In this document: in pieces, positions 1 to 11,927 of the stretch
How the letters are laid out: each line of letters begins with the position of its first letter
Numbering within the stretch: position 1 is the stretch's first letter
Assembly: GCA_002269645.1 (NCBI GenBank)
Contig: NIVC01000684.1
Location: 124,001-188,000, forward strand
DNA from: Macrostomum lignano
Taxonomy: Eukaryota
Reading direction: 5' to 3'
DNA: 64,000 bases
The notes under the pieces: model-generated
Told to the model about the DNA's origin: nothing
The model's database searches: none
The model's input: the letters and a program-made list of their open reading frames with translations, nothing else
Program-made: the position numbers and the translations under genes

Positions 1-170
1 TGTTCCAGGCGGTCGTCGAGACCGTCCTGCCTTACAACGTCGAGATCTGGAAGATAACATACTCACTCGAACAGCAAGTTGACTCGTCGATCTGCTGCGA
101 ACAGCCTCAAGATGGTCGAAGAGTATACCAATAAGACGTCACTGTACCATTGTCGGCGACTCGAGCTGCT
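1..170 (+). mobile_element. Degenerate fragment of a non-LTR (RTE-like) retrotransposon, region just C-terminal to RT
   Basis: Frame from nt 3 reads FQAVVETVLPYNVEIWKITYSLEQQVD. This closely matches FQAVIETVLLYNAETWTLIDSLEAQVD of the RT ORF at 57415-58602, then degenerates to a stop. Right boundary approximate. Confidence 0.7.
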
Positions 171-929
171 TGACTGTGAAGGAGGCATGCAAGCACCATA
201 CTGTAGTAACAGGACCAAAAACTCAAAGATCGTGTAATATTTTAGAGGCCTATTTCCTGGAAAAAATACACAGCGCCAGTGAAGATTACAATTCCTTTTA
301 ATTTAGCAAGCATGAAAGCACAGCATACTATCATGTTACATTTTGTACTGCTGTGTAGTAAAAGTTTCGTTTTCATATTATTTTCTAGTTCTTAGTTTAT
401 AAACCCAAAGTTGTAAATTACTCTCAACAGACATTACCCTTGTTTTTTCTTCTTAAATCAAGTAAGCAGCTCATATTTGAATTAAATGTGTCATATGCAG
501 GTACACTTAAGCGATTATATTTTACGTATAATTCCATTTCAATGCATAGAAGTTCCTATACGAGCGTGCACATACACAGCAATTGTATTCATGGTGTGTT
601 GCATTGCATACATGTAGGTGTCGGAAAGATTATCGGAAAATATTGAACATTTTCGGAAGGGCAGAGGTCAGTAATTGCAACCATTGTTGACCATTCAATG
701 CTGTTTTGCAATTATGTTTATTTGCTATTCAAAGAGATTTTCAAAAAATTTCGACAGCTTATTCAGTTGCCTGATAAAGTCATATGAAACCCGATTGTCA
801 AATGAGAATCACCAGTACTTATATATGGTTCTTGCGCCGTTGGTATATTTTTATTAGTTCAGAATAATTATAGCCTCAACACAGATAGTTTGCTCCAGTT
901 CAAGTCGTCTGTCTATCAGTGCTGCTTGG

Positions 930-1246
930 TCACTTGTCGTTGGAGCAGCCGTACCAGTTGCAGAACGGTCGCTTGGCGATGACACGTTTCATCAGTTCCG
1001 TGGCCCGCTCCTCCGCGTCGAGGTCACCTTCCGGCATGTCGCCCGGCTCAATCTAAATCGCGAGATTAAAACACTTGAAACAAATAATTCATATCAATAC
1101 TAATTTATGCAACAAAGTGAGATGCTCACCCTCATTCGCATAGGAGCCGCTTTGAGTCGACTGGCCTGGACAGACTGGGTTAGCTGGGTGACGCACAGTG
1201 TGGCCAGCAGCACACAGAGCGCGACTTTGCCAGACAATTGAAGCAT
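930..1246 (-). CDS. CCAP: CCAP-type neuropeptide precursor, 79 aa; exons 1246-1130 and 1052-930
   Basis: Exon 1 is MLQLSGKVALCVLLATLCVTQLTQSVQASRLKAAPMRMR (hydrophobic signal peptide). A 77-bp phase-0 intron (GTGAGC...TTTAG) follows. Exon 2 is IEPGDMPEGDLDAEERATELMKRVIAKR-PFCNWYGCSNDK-stop. The peptide after KR resembles molluscan CCAP (PFCNSYGCYNS) and arthropod CCAP (PFCNAFTGC). AATAAA lies on the minus strand at ~850-855. Confidence 0.8.
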
Positions 1247-2162
1247 GCTCTCTCTTGGTTGATGCCTTGAAATATCTCTTTTTAAAAAGCTGCAGTTGTT
1301 GCGCGTCAAATGACGAAGAGCTGGCGAAATCATCCGGGGAGTGGGGAGTTTTATTTGTCAGGTTTTGTTGCTGGGCAGAGCAGCGTCTCAGTGGCTGCTT
1401 CTCACACAGCCAATCGTTGCGGTAGGGGCCGGATAATTCAATACAGCGATGTCGATTATTAACACGACGTATATTTCTACCGGTAATTGATTTTTGTTTT
1501 ACTGAGCGAAATATTTTACGCAACGCATGCAGTAGATCAGCATCACCATAAAAAACCTTTATGAAGATGATTTACTCTTTCGTTTTGAGTGACTCGATCA
1601 GGTGATTGACAATATTTTATGAGATGGTAAGGTATAGAATACAAGCTATGACTGTTGCTGCAACAAACTTCTCATGAAACTTTTCTCATTTGGAAACTTT
1701 GCAGAATTACAAATTTCAGAGCTAGCCGAGATTCTGAAGTTTTTGATGAAAAAAATACATGTAAAAAAACGTTGAGCTTTCAATGGTTTATTCCCGCACA
1801 CAGACGAGTGCTCAGAGTATGGCGAGCCTAATTTCGAGTAACCGCATGAACTAGCCATCGCTGCTTGCTTAAGCAATCTAGAAAGAGAGGGTGACGAACT
1901 GGCAGCATCAGTCGCTGACTCCCAATGGACCAGAAGTTAGAGAATTTAATGTCAGTACATCTGGACTCCTTGTCTACACTGTGGAGGAGTTGGAAGAACT
2001 GGCTAAGCAAGTAGAGCTAGAGAACCAGTGTGATTCTGCTATCGCTATAAGGAAAATACAATTCAATCAGCCAGCCCCCACATTTCTTACTCACTGAAGC
2101 CGAGTTTCCAGTCCCTTCTTTTCTATTCTATGGTAAATTTATATCGCAAAAGTCCCTGGTTA

Positions 2163-2274
2163 CACTCAAGACAACAGCTGCCCCTAGTCTATGGCCCAAA
2201 AGTGTGAAAGCCTTTGCTCACTAGTCACACTTTTGGGCCATAGACTATATTAGGGGCAGCTGTTGTCTTGAGTA
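2163..2274. mobile_element. TA-flanked hairpin MITE-like element (~112 bp)
   Basis: ACTCAAGACAACAGCTGCCCCTAGTCTATGGCCCAAAAGTGTGA (2164-2207) is inverted at 2225-2273 with a short insertion. TA lies at 2161-62 and 2275-76. Confidence 0.6.
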
Positions 2275-3234
2275 TACATAGCTTTCTGCCACTGTGGATT
2301 AAGTTAACTGCTCTTAACTTCAAACTGACTGCATCAAGGTTTTTCCTTAACAACTACAAACAAACCGTATGTTTCTTTGCATGTAGCAACTAAACATCAA
2401 TCACAATATTTTACTTAGCAATTAGCATCAATCGCACGTTCTCTTATACATGTAGCAAACAGGATCAGCCCACAATACGTTCCTAAACAAGTTATAGTTA
2501 TAGTATGTTCCCTTAACAACTAACGCTTTACCCCGAAAGCCGACATAAATCCCAACTTTACAACCTCAGTAAAACGCCACCCATTAAAATTGTCAAAAAT
2601 CATGGAAAAATGACCCGAAACGCGAGATCATAATGGCTCAATCGAATCAAATAACTAATTGCTTTGGCCTCGTCCGATCGATTAGACGTTCTATCATCGA
2701 TCGAATCGAATTCCGTAACTCCCTATTTGAATAAAGAGCCGGGCTGTTTAGTCACCAGGTCGAGTGCAAATGCGCTGTTGCTGCTGCTGCTGATGCTGCA
2801 TTAGGCAGCTGGGCTCCGCCCCGTAACTAAACACCAATACGAGCGTATAGAGTCAATAGCTAATGCAATTCGTCTCATGTGGGAGCTGCGTGGAGCTCAG
2901 GGCATCATCGCTGGCTTGCGGATGCCTTGGCCTGAATCCCGGATGCTTAACTGCGGAAGTGCAGTAGCGGGAGGTCCTCTAGACAAATACGACTTGTCTA
3001 TCAACTCAGACTGACGCTCTCAATTCAAATAGCTAGAAAAATGACAATTTACCACGACTCCACAATGCATGGCCTGTCTGCCTGTTTTGGGCAGCCAAAC
3101 GCACCGAACAGTTCTAAAATGAAAACCCGGAAAAAAGTAAATTTAATCTGTAAATTTTCTTAGAACGTCTACATTGCTATGTACGCTCGAATGCAAGCAG
3201 ATTAAGGGGTAAAACTGTAAAAACCTTTGTTTTC

Positions 3235-3974
3235 CAGTGTCTGTCAGTGTCTGTCAGTGTCTGTCAGTGTCTGTCAGTGTCTGTCAGTGTCTGTCAGTGT
3301 CTGTCAGTATCTGTCAGTATCTGTCATTGTCTGACATTATCTGACATTATCTGTCAGTGTCTGTCAGTGTCTGTCAGTGTCTGTCAGTGTCTGTCAGTTT
3401 CTGTCAGTGTCTTTCAGCATCTATCAGTGTCTGTCAGTGTCTGTCAGTGTCTTTCAGCATCTATCAGTGTCTGTCAGTGTCTGTCAGTGTCTGTCAGTGT
3501 CTGTCAGTGTCTGACATTATCTGTCAGTGTCTGCCAATGACTGTCAGTGCCTGTCAGTGTCTGTCAGTGTCTGTCAGTGTCTGTCAGTATCTGTCAGTGT
3601 CTGTCAGTGTCTGTCAGTGTCTGTCAGTGTCTGTCATTGTCTGACATTATCTGAAATTATCTGTCAGTGTCTGTCAGTGTCTGTCAGTGTCTGTCATTGT
3701 CTGACATTATCTGACATTATCTGTCAGTGTCTGTCAGTGTCTGTCAGTGTCTGTCAGTGTCTGTCAGCGTCTATCAGTGTCTGTCAGTGTCTGTCAGTGT
3801 CTGTCAGTGTCTGTCAGTGTCTGTCTGTCAGTATCTGTCAGTGTCTGTCAGTGTCTATCAGTGTCTGTCAGTGTCTGTCAGTATCTGTCATTGTCTGACA
3901 TTATCTGTCAGTGTCTGTCAGTGTCTGTCAGTGTCTGTCAGTGTCTGTCAGTATCTGTCAGTGTCTGTCAGTGT
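3235..3974. repeat. 10-bp tandem repeat (GTGTCTGTCA)n, ~74 copies
   Basis: Directly visible, with variants such as ATTATCTGAC. It is the source of the SVSVCQCL ORFs. Confidence 0.95.
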
Positions 3975-4238
3975 GTCCTTCAGTCTCTCTGTCTCTTTTG
4001 TACATACCGTAATAAAAAGAGATTACTCAAAATTCTGCCGTTACTACTTGATATTAGTAGAAATTTATCAGCATCATTTTCGAACTTATGAAACATGAGC
4101 TTGCATGAGCTAGGGGTCGCTTTTAATTCTTTTTTTATTTTCCAACAGCTAACAAAAGTCACTGCCCAGTGAAAATTCCCAAGTTCTATTATCAATATTC
4201 CGCAATTCAAATAGCATTTCAATTGTCCACACACAGCT

Positions 4239-5466
4239 TCATAGCTCCATCTTGAGTTTGAACTCGTCAACTTTAATCTCGCCATCGTCTGGGCAGTCCT
4301 TGAAGTACATGTCGAACACCTCTTCGGCGCTTTCCTCGCTGAATACTCTGCAGCATGCAGTTCAATGATGAATATTATACTAAAATAATACTTAATTAGC
4401 TAATCTGGTCATTTTTGTAAATATATTAGCAATAAGTCTTACTTTTTCAGAGTTGTTACTTTCACAACACCTTTACCCTCGGGGTCGGCCTTTGTAAAGA
4501 ATGCCAGATAGTCCCTGAAAATTAACGGTAAAATACAGCATCATTTACGCTACAGTGTCTGTAAAACAATATTTGACAGTAAAAATTCAGCACTTATTAA
4601 CAGAACATACAGTAAGATTTTATAGTTTACAGCACATAGAGCATCAATTACAGCAACACGCGCTGTAAAGGATTATTCTTGAAGAGTAAGGATTTTTCAT
4701 CTAATTAAACTGTCTATTCACCTGCAATTAGCTATAATAGTTCTGTTCTGTTTACTAAATATACTTCTTCCGAAATCAATTCAGGCCTTCAAATAAAATA
4801 CCATTGACTTACTCTTTTGGCATATATGAATATCTCTCTAACCTTACCTTCGCGGACTGATTCCCAGAACTTGGCGAAACTCAGCGAGAGAAACGGTGCC
4901 GTTCTTGTCCAAATCAAACGTCTTCTGCCATCGTTCGACAAATTCTTGAGGCAAGTTGTGCTGCTTCACGTAACTGACACAAATGGTTTATTATATGCAC
5001 TTAAATAATTGTAGTGGAATAAACAGTGCGCTAGTTTACAAAGCTTACTCACTTTTTACCTTAAAGTACAAGGTAAACTCTAATGTACACTATAGCTCCA
5101 TAGACTGACTCCACCCTCAGAGTACATTTACACACACACACTCTATGGCTCAGATCCTTCATGCACATATTCTATGGTCCAAACCCTTGATACAGACACA
5201 CACACACACTCTATGGCTCAAACCCTTGATGTATACAATCTACATGGTATAGCTAAACCCTTGATGTATATATGTACGCACTCTATGGCTAAACCCCCTC
5301 CATATACACACTCTATGGCTCAAACAATCTTGGTGTACGCACATTCGCTAATCATTTTTTTACGATTGACAATAGATTCTTTCTCAACTTACTCGTTCAA
5401 TTCTTGGATGTCAATTTCTCCTGACGAGTCTTTGTCCAACGCTTTGAAGATGGCTTCAAATTCCAT
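4239..5466 (-). CDS. Four-EF-hand calcium-binding protein, 126 aa; exons 5466-5393, 4973-4848, 4514-4443, 4347-4239
   Basis: Spliced product: MEFEAIFKALDKDSSGEIDIQELNDYVKQHNLPQEFVERWQKTFDLDKNGTVSLAEFRQVLGISPRRDYLAFFTKADPEGKGVVKVTTLKKVFSEESAEEVFDMYFKDCPDDGEIKVDEFKLKMEL*. All three introns are GT-AG and phase 2. Canonical loops DKDSSGEIDIQE and DLDKNGTVSLAE are followed by two divergent loops. Confidence 0.85.
5125..5335. repeat. Imperfect short repeat (ACACACTCTATGGCTCAAACCCTTGAT-like) in intron 1 of the EF-hand gene
   Basis: About 5 degenerate copies of CACTCTATGGCT(C/A)AA(A)CCC. Confidence 0.6.
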
Positions 5467-6388
5467 TTGCGTTATTGTGAATATCTGTTTGGAAAACTTG
5501 GAGAACTATTAAGGTTAAAGACAACTTAAGCGGAGGGTGATAAACTCTCTTGCAGCTGCAGTCCAGATATTTCGGCGCTCTAATATTTATACAACTTTAT
5601 TCGAGTCGATGAAAAAACAATAATTCTAACTATACAATTTCCTGTGCAAATTATTTGTCAAGACAATATGCAAAAGAATATTAAGCGCGTCTGTTTGCTC
5701 TAGGACGGTTTGCAGTCGCCTTTCATCAAAAGAATTTCTCAGGCTAGCGCTCTGATTCCCGCACAATGCCAGCTAGGCGTCATTACAGTTTGAGAACTTG
5801 GACCACAAGCACGTCTTCCAGCCCATCTAAGAGTAAAACTAGATGGCATATGTTATTCACGTTGTTCACAAGGACAGTTAAGACAAAAATCTGGATTTCA
5901 TCGAAGCTTCACCGACCAGCTTCGTAGCTTGATTCGATTGCTCCAATCAAGGCACAGAGCTAGAGTGTACATGTCTGATAATTAGAAATTCAGGGCTGCA
6001 GTGCACTGTGTGAGCTCCTCGAGGATGATCGCATTGGGGCGGTTTAATTAACTTCTACCCAGTATCTACTCGTATCTGTCTGACTCTCCTTGGCTATTCG
6101 CATCGAAGCTGTAGTTTGAACAAAGTGTGCAAAAATGGCCTGCATTTGTGGGGTCGCAGATATTTTCTTAGCAAACAACATACCTGATGGAGCGAATATT
6201 TCCTGTGAGTTATATATTATCAATCTGCTCAGGCGACATAGATTGAATGGATTGAAGCTTGCGTCCAGTTTTCATTGTTTTTTCAAGCATTTTTATTATC
6301 AAAATGGTTGGCCAGGTGATAGACGCTGGTCGAAAGACACTGCTCACTGGGGCAAAGTATTCCTTGTAAAACTCTCTAGACTAGTATA

Positions 6389-6560
6389 CTCAGCAACATC
6401 ACGAGTTAAAAGTCGCCACTCTATTGAGCAATTTCTCTTGGACTATTCTGAAATAAAAGATACGATAAAACTGATCGGGGTAGCTGAGTTGCGTCACTCG
6501 CAAAGATTGAGACTTTACAGACGGCATCCTCTGTGATGGCGACTTTTCGATGTTGCTGAG
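6389..6560. mobile_element. TA-flanked MITE (Tc1/mariner-type ends), same family as 53659-53946
   Basis: TA|CTCAGCAACATCACGAGTTAAAAGTCGCCA ... TGGCGACTTTTCGATGTTGCTGAG|TA. The adjacent 6233-6350 matches the reverse complement of ~53690-53815. Confidence 0.6.
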
Positions 6561-7202
6561 TATATAAGAAATACTGGTCGAGATAGTTAAGATGGTTTAC
6601 GATAAAAAATTCGAAATTTTATAATTCATTTGTTGCAAAAAAAGAAGAAAAATCTCTAATAGATTTTGAAGCAAGATAAGCGCCTTCCAGACTTGACGTG
6701 ACAATTGAACGAATCGAAATTTTAAACAGTCACATTGTCGATTATATATTTAAAGGCCAACTGTTGAACTATAATATTTTATTCATAAGCAAAGAAAGCC
6801 AAAACTGATTCTAAAACAGTATTAAATTATTTGAGATTTTGAAATAGAACTGCGAAAACAGCTGTGAATAAAAAACACAAAATTAATACGCTTTTTTCAT
6901 TTTATAAAAAAAAGAAAACAAAACGCAAAAATGCTACTGAAATAAATAATCAATCATTAGACACATGCACTTTCATACCATTTTCTTGTTCAACTAACAA
7001 TATTCACAATGTTAGCTACTTATGCATGCATTAAAACATGAAAATGTTTTACTAAGCATCTAGTTAATACATTTGGATGATTTTCTCGGGTACTTGTGTT
7101 GCTTCGGGGGGTCAGGGAAGGTCCTGTCTCGATGAAAACAGTATCTAAGACATTGCCCCACGCATTGCCGATGACACAGGTAAAATAGGTAAGAAGTGAA
7201 TC

Positions 7203-8300
7203 TAGACGACTCTAAAACGACAAGATGTCACGGCCCAAGAGTCACTTTAAAGTGTTTTATTGTCTACGACTCTGAAACGACGAGATGTCACGGCCCAAGA
7301 GTCACTTTAAAGTGTTTTATTGTCTACGACTCTGAAACGACGAGATGTCACGGCCCAAGAGTCACTTTAAAGTGTTTTATTGTCTACGACTCTGAAACGA
7401 CGAGATGTCACGGCCCAAGAGTCACTTTAAAGTGTTTTATTGTCTACGACTCTGAAACGACGAGATGTCACGGCCCAAGAGTCACTTTAAAGTGTTTTAT
7501 TGTCTACGACTCTGAAACGACGAGATGTCACGGCCCAAGAGTCACTTTAAAGTGTTTTATTGTCTACGACTCTGAAACGACGAGATGTCACGGCCCAAGA
7601 GTCACTTTAAAGTGTTTTATTGTCTACGACTCTGAAACGACGAGATGTCACGGCCCAAGAGTCACTTTAAAGTGTTTTATTGTCTACGACTCTGAAACGA
7701 CGAGATGTCACGGCCCAAGAGTCACTTTGAAGTGTTTTATTGTCTACGACTCTGAAACGACGAGATGTCACGGCCCAAGAGTCACTTTAAAGCGTTTTAT
7801 TGTCTACGACTCTGAAACGACGAGATGTCACGGCCCAAGAGTCACTTTAAAGTGTTTTATTGTCTACGACTCTGAAACGACGAGATGTCACGGCCCAAGA
7901 GTCACTTTAAAGTGTTTTATTGTCTACGACTCTGAAACGACGAGATGTCACGGCCCAAGAGTCACTTTGAAGTGTTTTATTGTCTACGACTCTAAAACGA
8001 CGAGATGTCACGGCCCAAGAGTCACTTTGAAGTGTTTTATTGTCTACGACTCTAAAACGACGAGATGTCACGGCCCAAGAGTCACGTTGAAGTGTTTTAT
8101 TGTCTACGACTCTAAAACGACGAGATGTCACGGCCCAAGAGTCACTTTAAAGCGTTTTATTGTCTACGACTCAAAAACGACGAGATGTCACGGCCCAAGA
8201 GTCACTTTGAAGTGTTTTATTGTCTACGACTCAAAAACGACGAGATGTCACGGCCCAAGAGTCACGTTGAAGTGTTTTATTGTCTACGACTTTGAAACGA
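7203..8300. repeat. 60-bp tandem minisatellite, ~18 copies
   Basis: Unit CGACTCTGAAACGACGAGATGTCACGGCCCAAGAGTCACTTTAAAGTGTTTTATTGTCTA, in exact register with the 60-nt lines. The 373-aa ORF is a by-product. Confidence 0.97.
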
Positions 8301-9018
8301 CTCTGGGGCAACGGTAAAACGAATCGATTCTTGGACGACTCTTTTGCGATTCTATAAATTACGCGACACGCTTGTGATGCAACAGTCGCCTCTCCGTCGC
8401 ATCAGACGCGTTTGAATCGTTAAACAGTCACAAGAGTCGCCCCAGAGTGGCTAGAGTCACTAGTAAGTTGTTTGCTATACGACTTTTTTTAGCAATCCTT
8501 GTCTTGGTATCGTTTTCAACCGGTGTGCCCCCTCCACACTGAGAATTCGAAAGCAAAAACGTGCAAACCTACTGTATCAGAAGAAGTAGAATTCCGCCGT
8601 AACAAACATTTTCCCATATCCATATCCGTAACTAGTTAATTTTCATCGTAGCTTCCCGCAACATTAATTAATATTAAATCCCATACCAACAGTTCCTAAA
8701 TCATTCCTTAAGCATTCATCCTAACTTAAGCCCCTACCCGCCCGTTGCTTGAGTCCCCGATCCCAAGGACTTAAGAGTTCCCTTCACAAAAGCTTCGAAC
8801 CTGGCAACATTCACTCATTCATTTTCACTGTTACCCACGAAGTCAATGGCCCTAAATTTATTTTTCTGTCCATAACCATAAGAGCCATATCCATAGCTAC
8901 AGCGGAACTCTACTGTAAAACTACAACAAGGTGCCAATTCAGGGAAAAGACAACAAGCAAAAAATTTTACAAAACGTCTCAGAGAATCTTGCCAGAACTG
9001 TTTACCTGAAGATCTGCA

Positions 9019-11927
9019 CTACTGCAAAGGACTAAATGGAGTAGCTTTGAGCACCCGACAGCTCATGGTGTCCACCAGAGCGACAGTCTTGCGGACAGTG
9101 TCGGCCCAGGCCGGATGGTGCCAGGCCAAGTCGCGCACCTCGTCACGATGCGCCAGATCGTTATAGCACCACAGATGATGCACCTGGTGCTGCTCGCCAA
9201 TATGGGAGAATAATCCGCATACGGCTTCGTTGTCCTCGCCGCGAATTCGCATGCCATTGGCCCAGTAGTTGCCCCACTCCAATAGGTTGCCTGCGGCGGG
9301 TTAGGCAGGTTTGTAAGATGTCAGACAGCAAAGGTGGGCGGCCCTCTACAGACAATGAAGCTAAATCAAAAATAGGCCCTCAATTATTAATGATGACAGG
9401 AGCTCCATTTTTAGATGAAGTCTTGGACAGGGCATTTGCATACCTCAGCTATAACACAGGATCGCTTAACTTCAGACCAAGGGTCACCAAACCTCAGACA
9501 CAGGGTCACCCAACCTCAGACGGAGTCACCTAACCTCAGACCCAGGGTCACCAAACCTCAGACACAGGGTCATCCAACCTCAGACACAGGGTCTCCTAAC
9601 CTCAGACCCAGGGTGACCTATAACCTTAGACCCAGGGTCATCCAACCACAAACAGGGTCACCTAACCTCAGACCCAAGGCCATCCAACCTCAGACACAGG
9701 GTCACCCAACCTCAGACACAGGGTCACCCAACCTCAGACACAGGGGCGCCTAACCTCAGACACAGGGTCACCCAACCTCAGACGGAGTCACCTAACCTCA
9801 GACCCAGGGTCATCCAACCTCAGACATAAGGTCACCTAACCTCAGACTCAAGGCCATCCAACCTCAGACACAGGGTCAGCCAACCTCAGACCCAGGGTCA
9901 GCCAACCTCAGACCCAGGGTCAGCCAACCTCAGACCCAGGGTCAGCCAACCTCAGACCCAGGGTCAGCCAACCTCAGACCCAGGGTCAGCCAACCTCAGA
10001 CCCAGGGTCAGCCAACCTCAGACCCAAGGTCAGCCAACCTCAGACCCAGGGTCAGCCAACCTCAGACCCAGGGTCAGCCAACCTCAGACCCAGGGTCAGC
10101 CAACCTCAGACCCAGGGTCAGCCAACCTCAGACCCAGGGTCAGCCAACCTCAGACCCAGGGTCAGCCAACCTCAGACCCAGGGTCAGCCAACCTCAGACA
10201 CAGGGGCGCCACATCTAAGGCACGTGGGTGCCCAATCTCAGTAGAGCTCACCAAGACACCAAGTTTATAAAAAGTTTTTTTCATGTCAATGTTCGATTGA
10301 TGCTACTTTTTCGAGTAGAAAGTAACGCGTTTTTAATAATATTGCTATGATAAATAAGCGCTACATAGAGATACTCACCCGGTCTCAAATTATAGCTCCT
10401 CATTTCGTAGATGTGCTCGCCAGTTCTAGGGGCCAACTCTGGCCAAAAGGTGAACCTCAAGCACAGCTGATTGCGTCTCGAGCGGAGCATCTCGTTCCGC
10501 TTCTGTCTGTAACTAAGCAGTTCAGCGTCAGACCTGTACAGGTGATAGTGCTTCTGATAGGCTTGGTAACCGCCTCGGAAACGCCAAATATGAATGGCCT
10601 CGTCTTGTTGACCAATTTCGCAGGTGAACGAGCCGAATAACTCAGCGCCCGAGTTTTTGTCATTGAATAGCTCGACAAACCTTTTGCTGAGTAAAGATGT
10701 TAAATGAATTTTTTAAGTAGATAAAATAGGACACAATGAGAAATTTCACTAATCTATTGTTATAATAAACACACAGTCAGAGTTCTCACTAATTAACAAA
10801 TACACAATCAGAATTGTCAATAATTTATTGTTATATTAAACTCACAATCAGAATTATTACTAATTATTTATATTAAATACACAATAATAATTTCCATTGA
10901 CAATTGCTATTTTAAGCAGACAATCAGAACTGTCTAATAATTGTTATAAAAAATATCCAGTGAGAATTATCATTGAATATTCAATCCTAGCTATTTAAAA
11001 TAAATTATGTATTATAAAAATTTAAGTAACTTACGTTTCACCCAAATAGTTTGGCATAAAATGTGGCCTGACAAGATGAACTAAAAATAAAATTGGTATA
11101 TTATAAAAAAATTACGTGATTATACCATTTTTTATAAGAATAAAAATGTATCCAAAAACTTACTTTGGACTTCAAAGATGTCTTGTCCATCAGACATGCG
11201 ATTGCTTTGGGCTCCAATGCCACCTTGATTGTTGCTGCCACTGGAACTGCCACCAAGGCCTTTGAGCAAACTGTTGAAACTGGGACTTGTATGAAGCTGC
11301 CTATTATTAGCCCTGGTTAATTAGAAAAAAACAGAAGGAAGCTATCAATGTGTGCAACAATAAAATAAAACTTTAATTTCAGAATATAAATAGAAGCAAG
11401 CCTAAAATAGATATCAGCATATAAATTATGTATTTATAAGCATCCAAAAACCATTCTCAAAGTATAGATTGGGCCTAGGCTATATTTAAGGCTAGCAATC
11501 CACTATGCTATGTCTTATTTATGAGCAAAGGAAATTTAAAATCTAAGTAAATAAACTACTTTTTAATGTTTTTATTACCAATTTTCGCATATTATAGAGT
11601 GACACAATATTTTAGCAAAAATATTGCTAAAAGAAAAAAAATAAAATGCCTATGAAGATATATAAAATATCAAATTTATTACTTGTCACATGTTGACATA
11701 CATATTGCAATATTGTAAATGATTCTTGATTAAATATGAAAATTTATTCAACCAAAAGTTTTTTATGATTAAGGAATAAAATTCTACACTTGATAAAGCC
11801 CTTGACTTAAAGTGTAAAAGTGTGATTGCTTCATTACTTCTAATACATTTAACGGACTTCATTTAACTTACGTATTTAATGACATCGGCAAAATCTTAAA
11901 GACGTTTGTTCGAAAAATTCTGTTCAT
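9019..11927 (-). CDS. NIPSNAP: NIPSNAP-family mitochondrial protein, 276 aa; exons 11927-11872, 11312-11164, 11080-11035, 10686-10379, 9290-9019
   Basis: All junctions are GT-AG and phase-consistent. The N-terminus MNRIFRTNVFKILPMSLNTANNRQLHTS is presequence-like. Conserved blocks are GQQDEAIHIWRFRGGY, MLRSRRNQL..FTFW, IYEMRSYNLRPG, EWGNYWA, HHLWCYNDL and SPLQ*. Confidence 0.92.
9471..10210. repeat. ~22-bp minisatellite (CAACCTCAGACCCAGGGTCAGC)n in NIPSNAP intron 4
   Basis: Directly visible; degenerate at the left end and homogeneous from ~9880 to 10200. Confidence 0.92.
10730..10960. repeat. Degenerate AT-rich ~40-45 bp repeat (ACACAATCAGAATT...ATTGTTATA) in NIPSNAP intron 3
   Basis: The CACAATCAGAATT / ATTGTTAT motif recurs about 5 times. 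Confidence 0.5.

Noticed and set aside
1891-2097. 68-aa ORF MTNWQH…
   Set aside because: No recognisable domain or supporting splice structure.
2750-3015. GC-richer segment with a (CTG)n run as an exon
   Set aside because: No frame gave a recognisable or splice-consistent product.
3247-4098. Cys/Ser/Val-rich ORFs (SVSVCQCL)n
   Set aside because: Translations of a 10-bp tandem repeat in several frames, with no gene structure.
6135-6536. 133-aa ORF
   Set aside because: Overlaps dispersed MITE-family sequence and has no protein features.
7196-8317. 373-aa repeat protein
   Set aside because: A 60-bp unit that happens to be stop-free in one frame; non-ATG start and no splice or promoter context.
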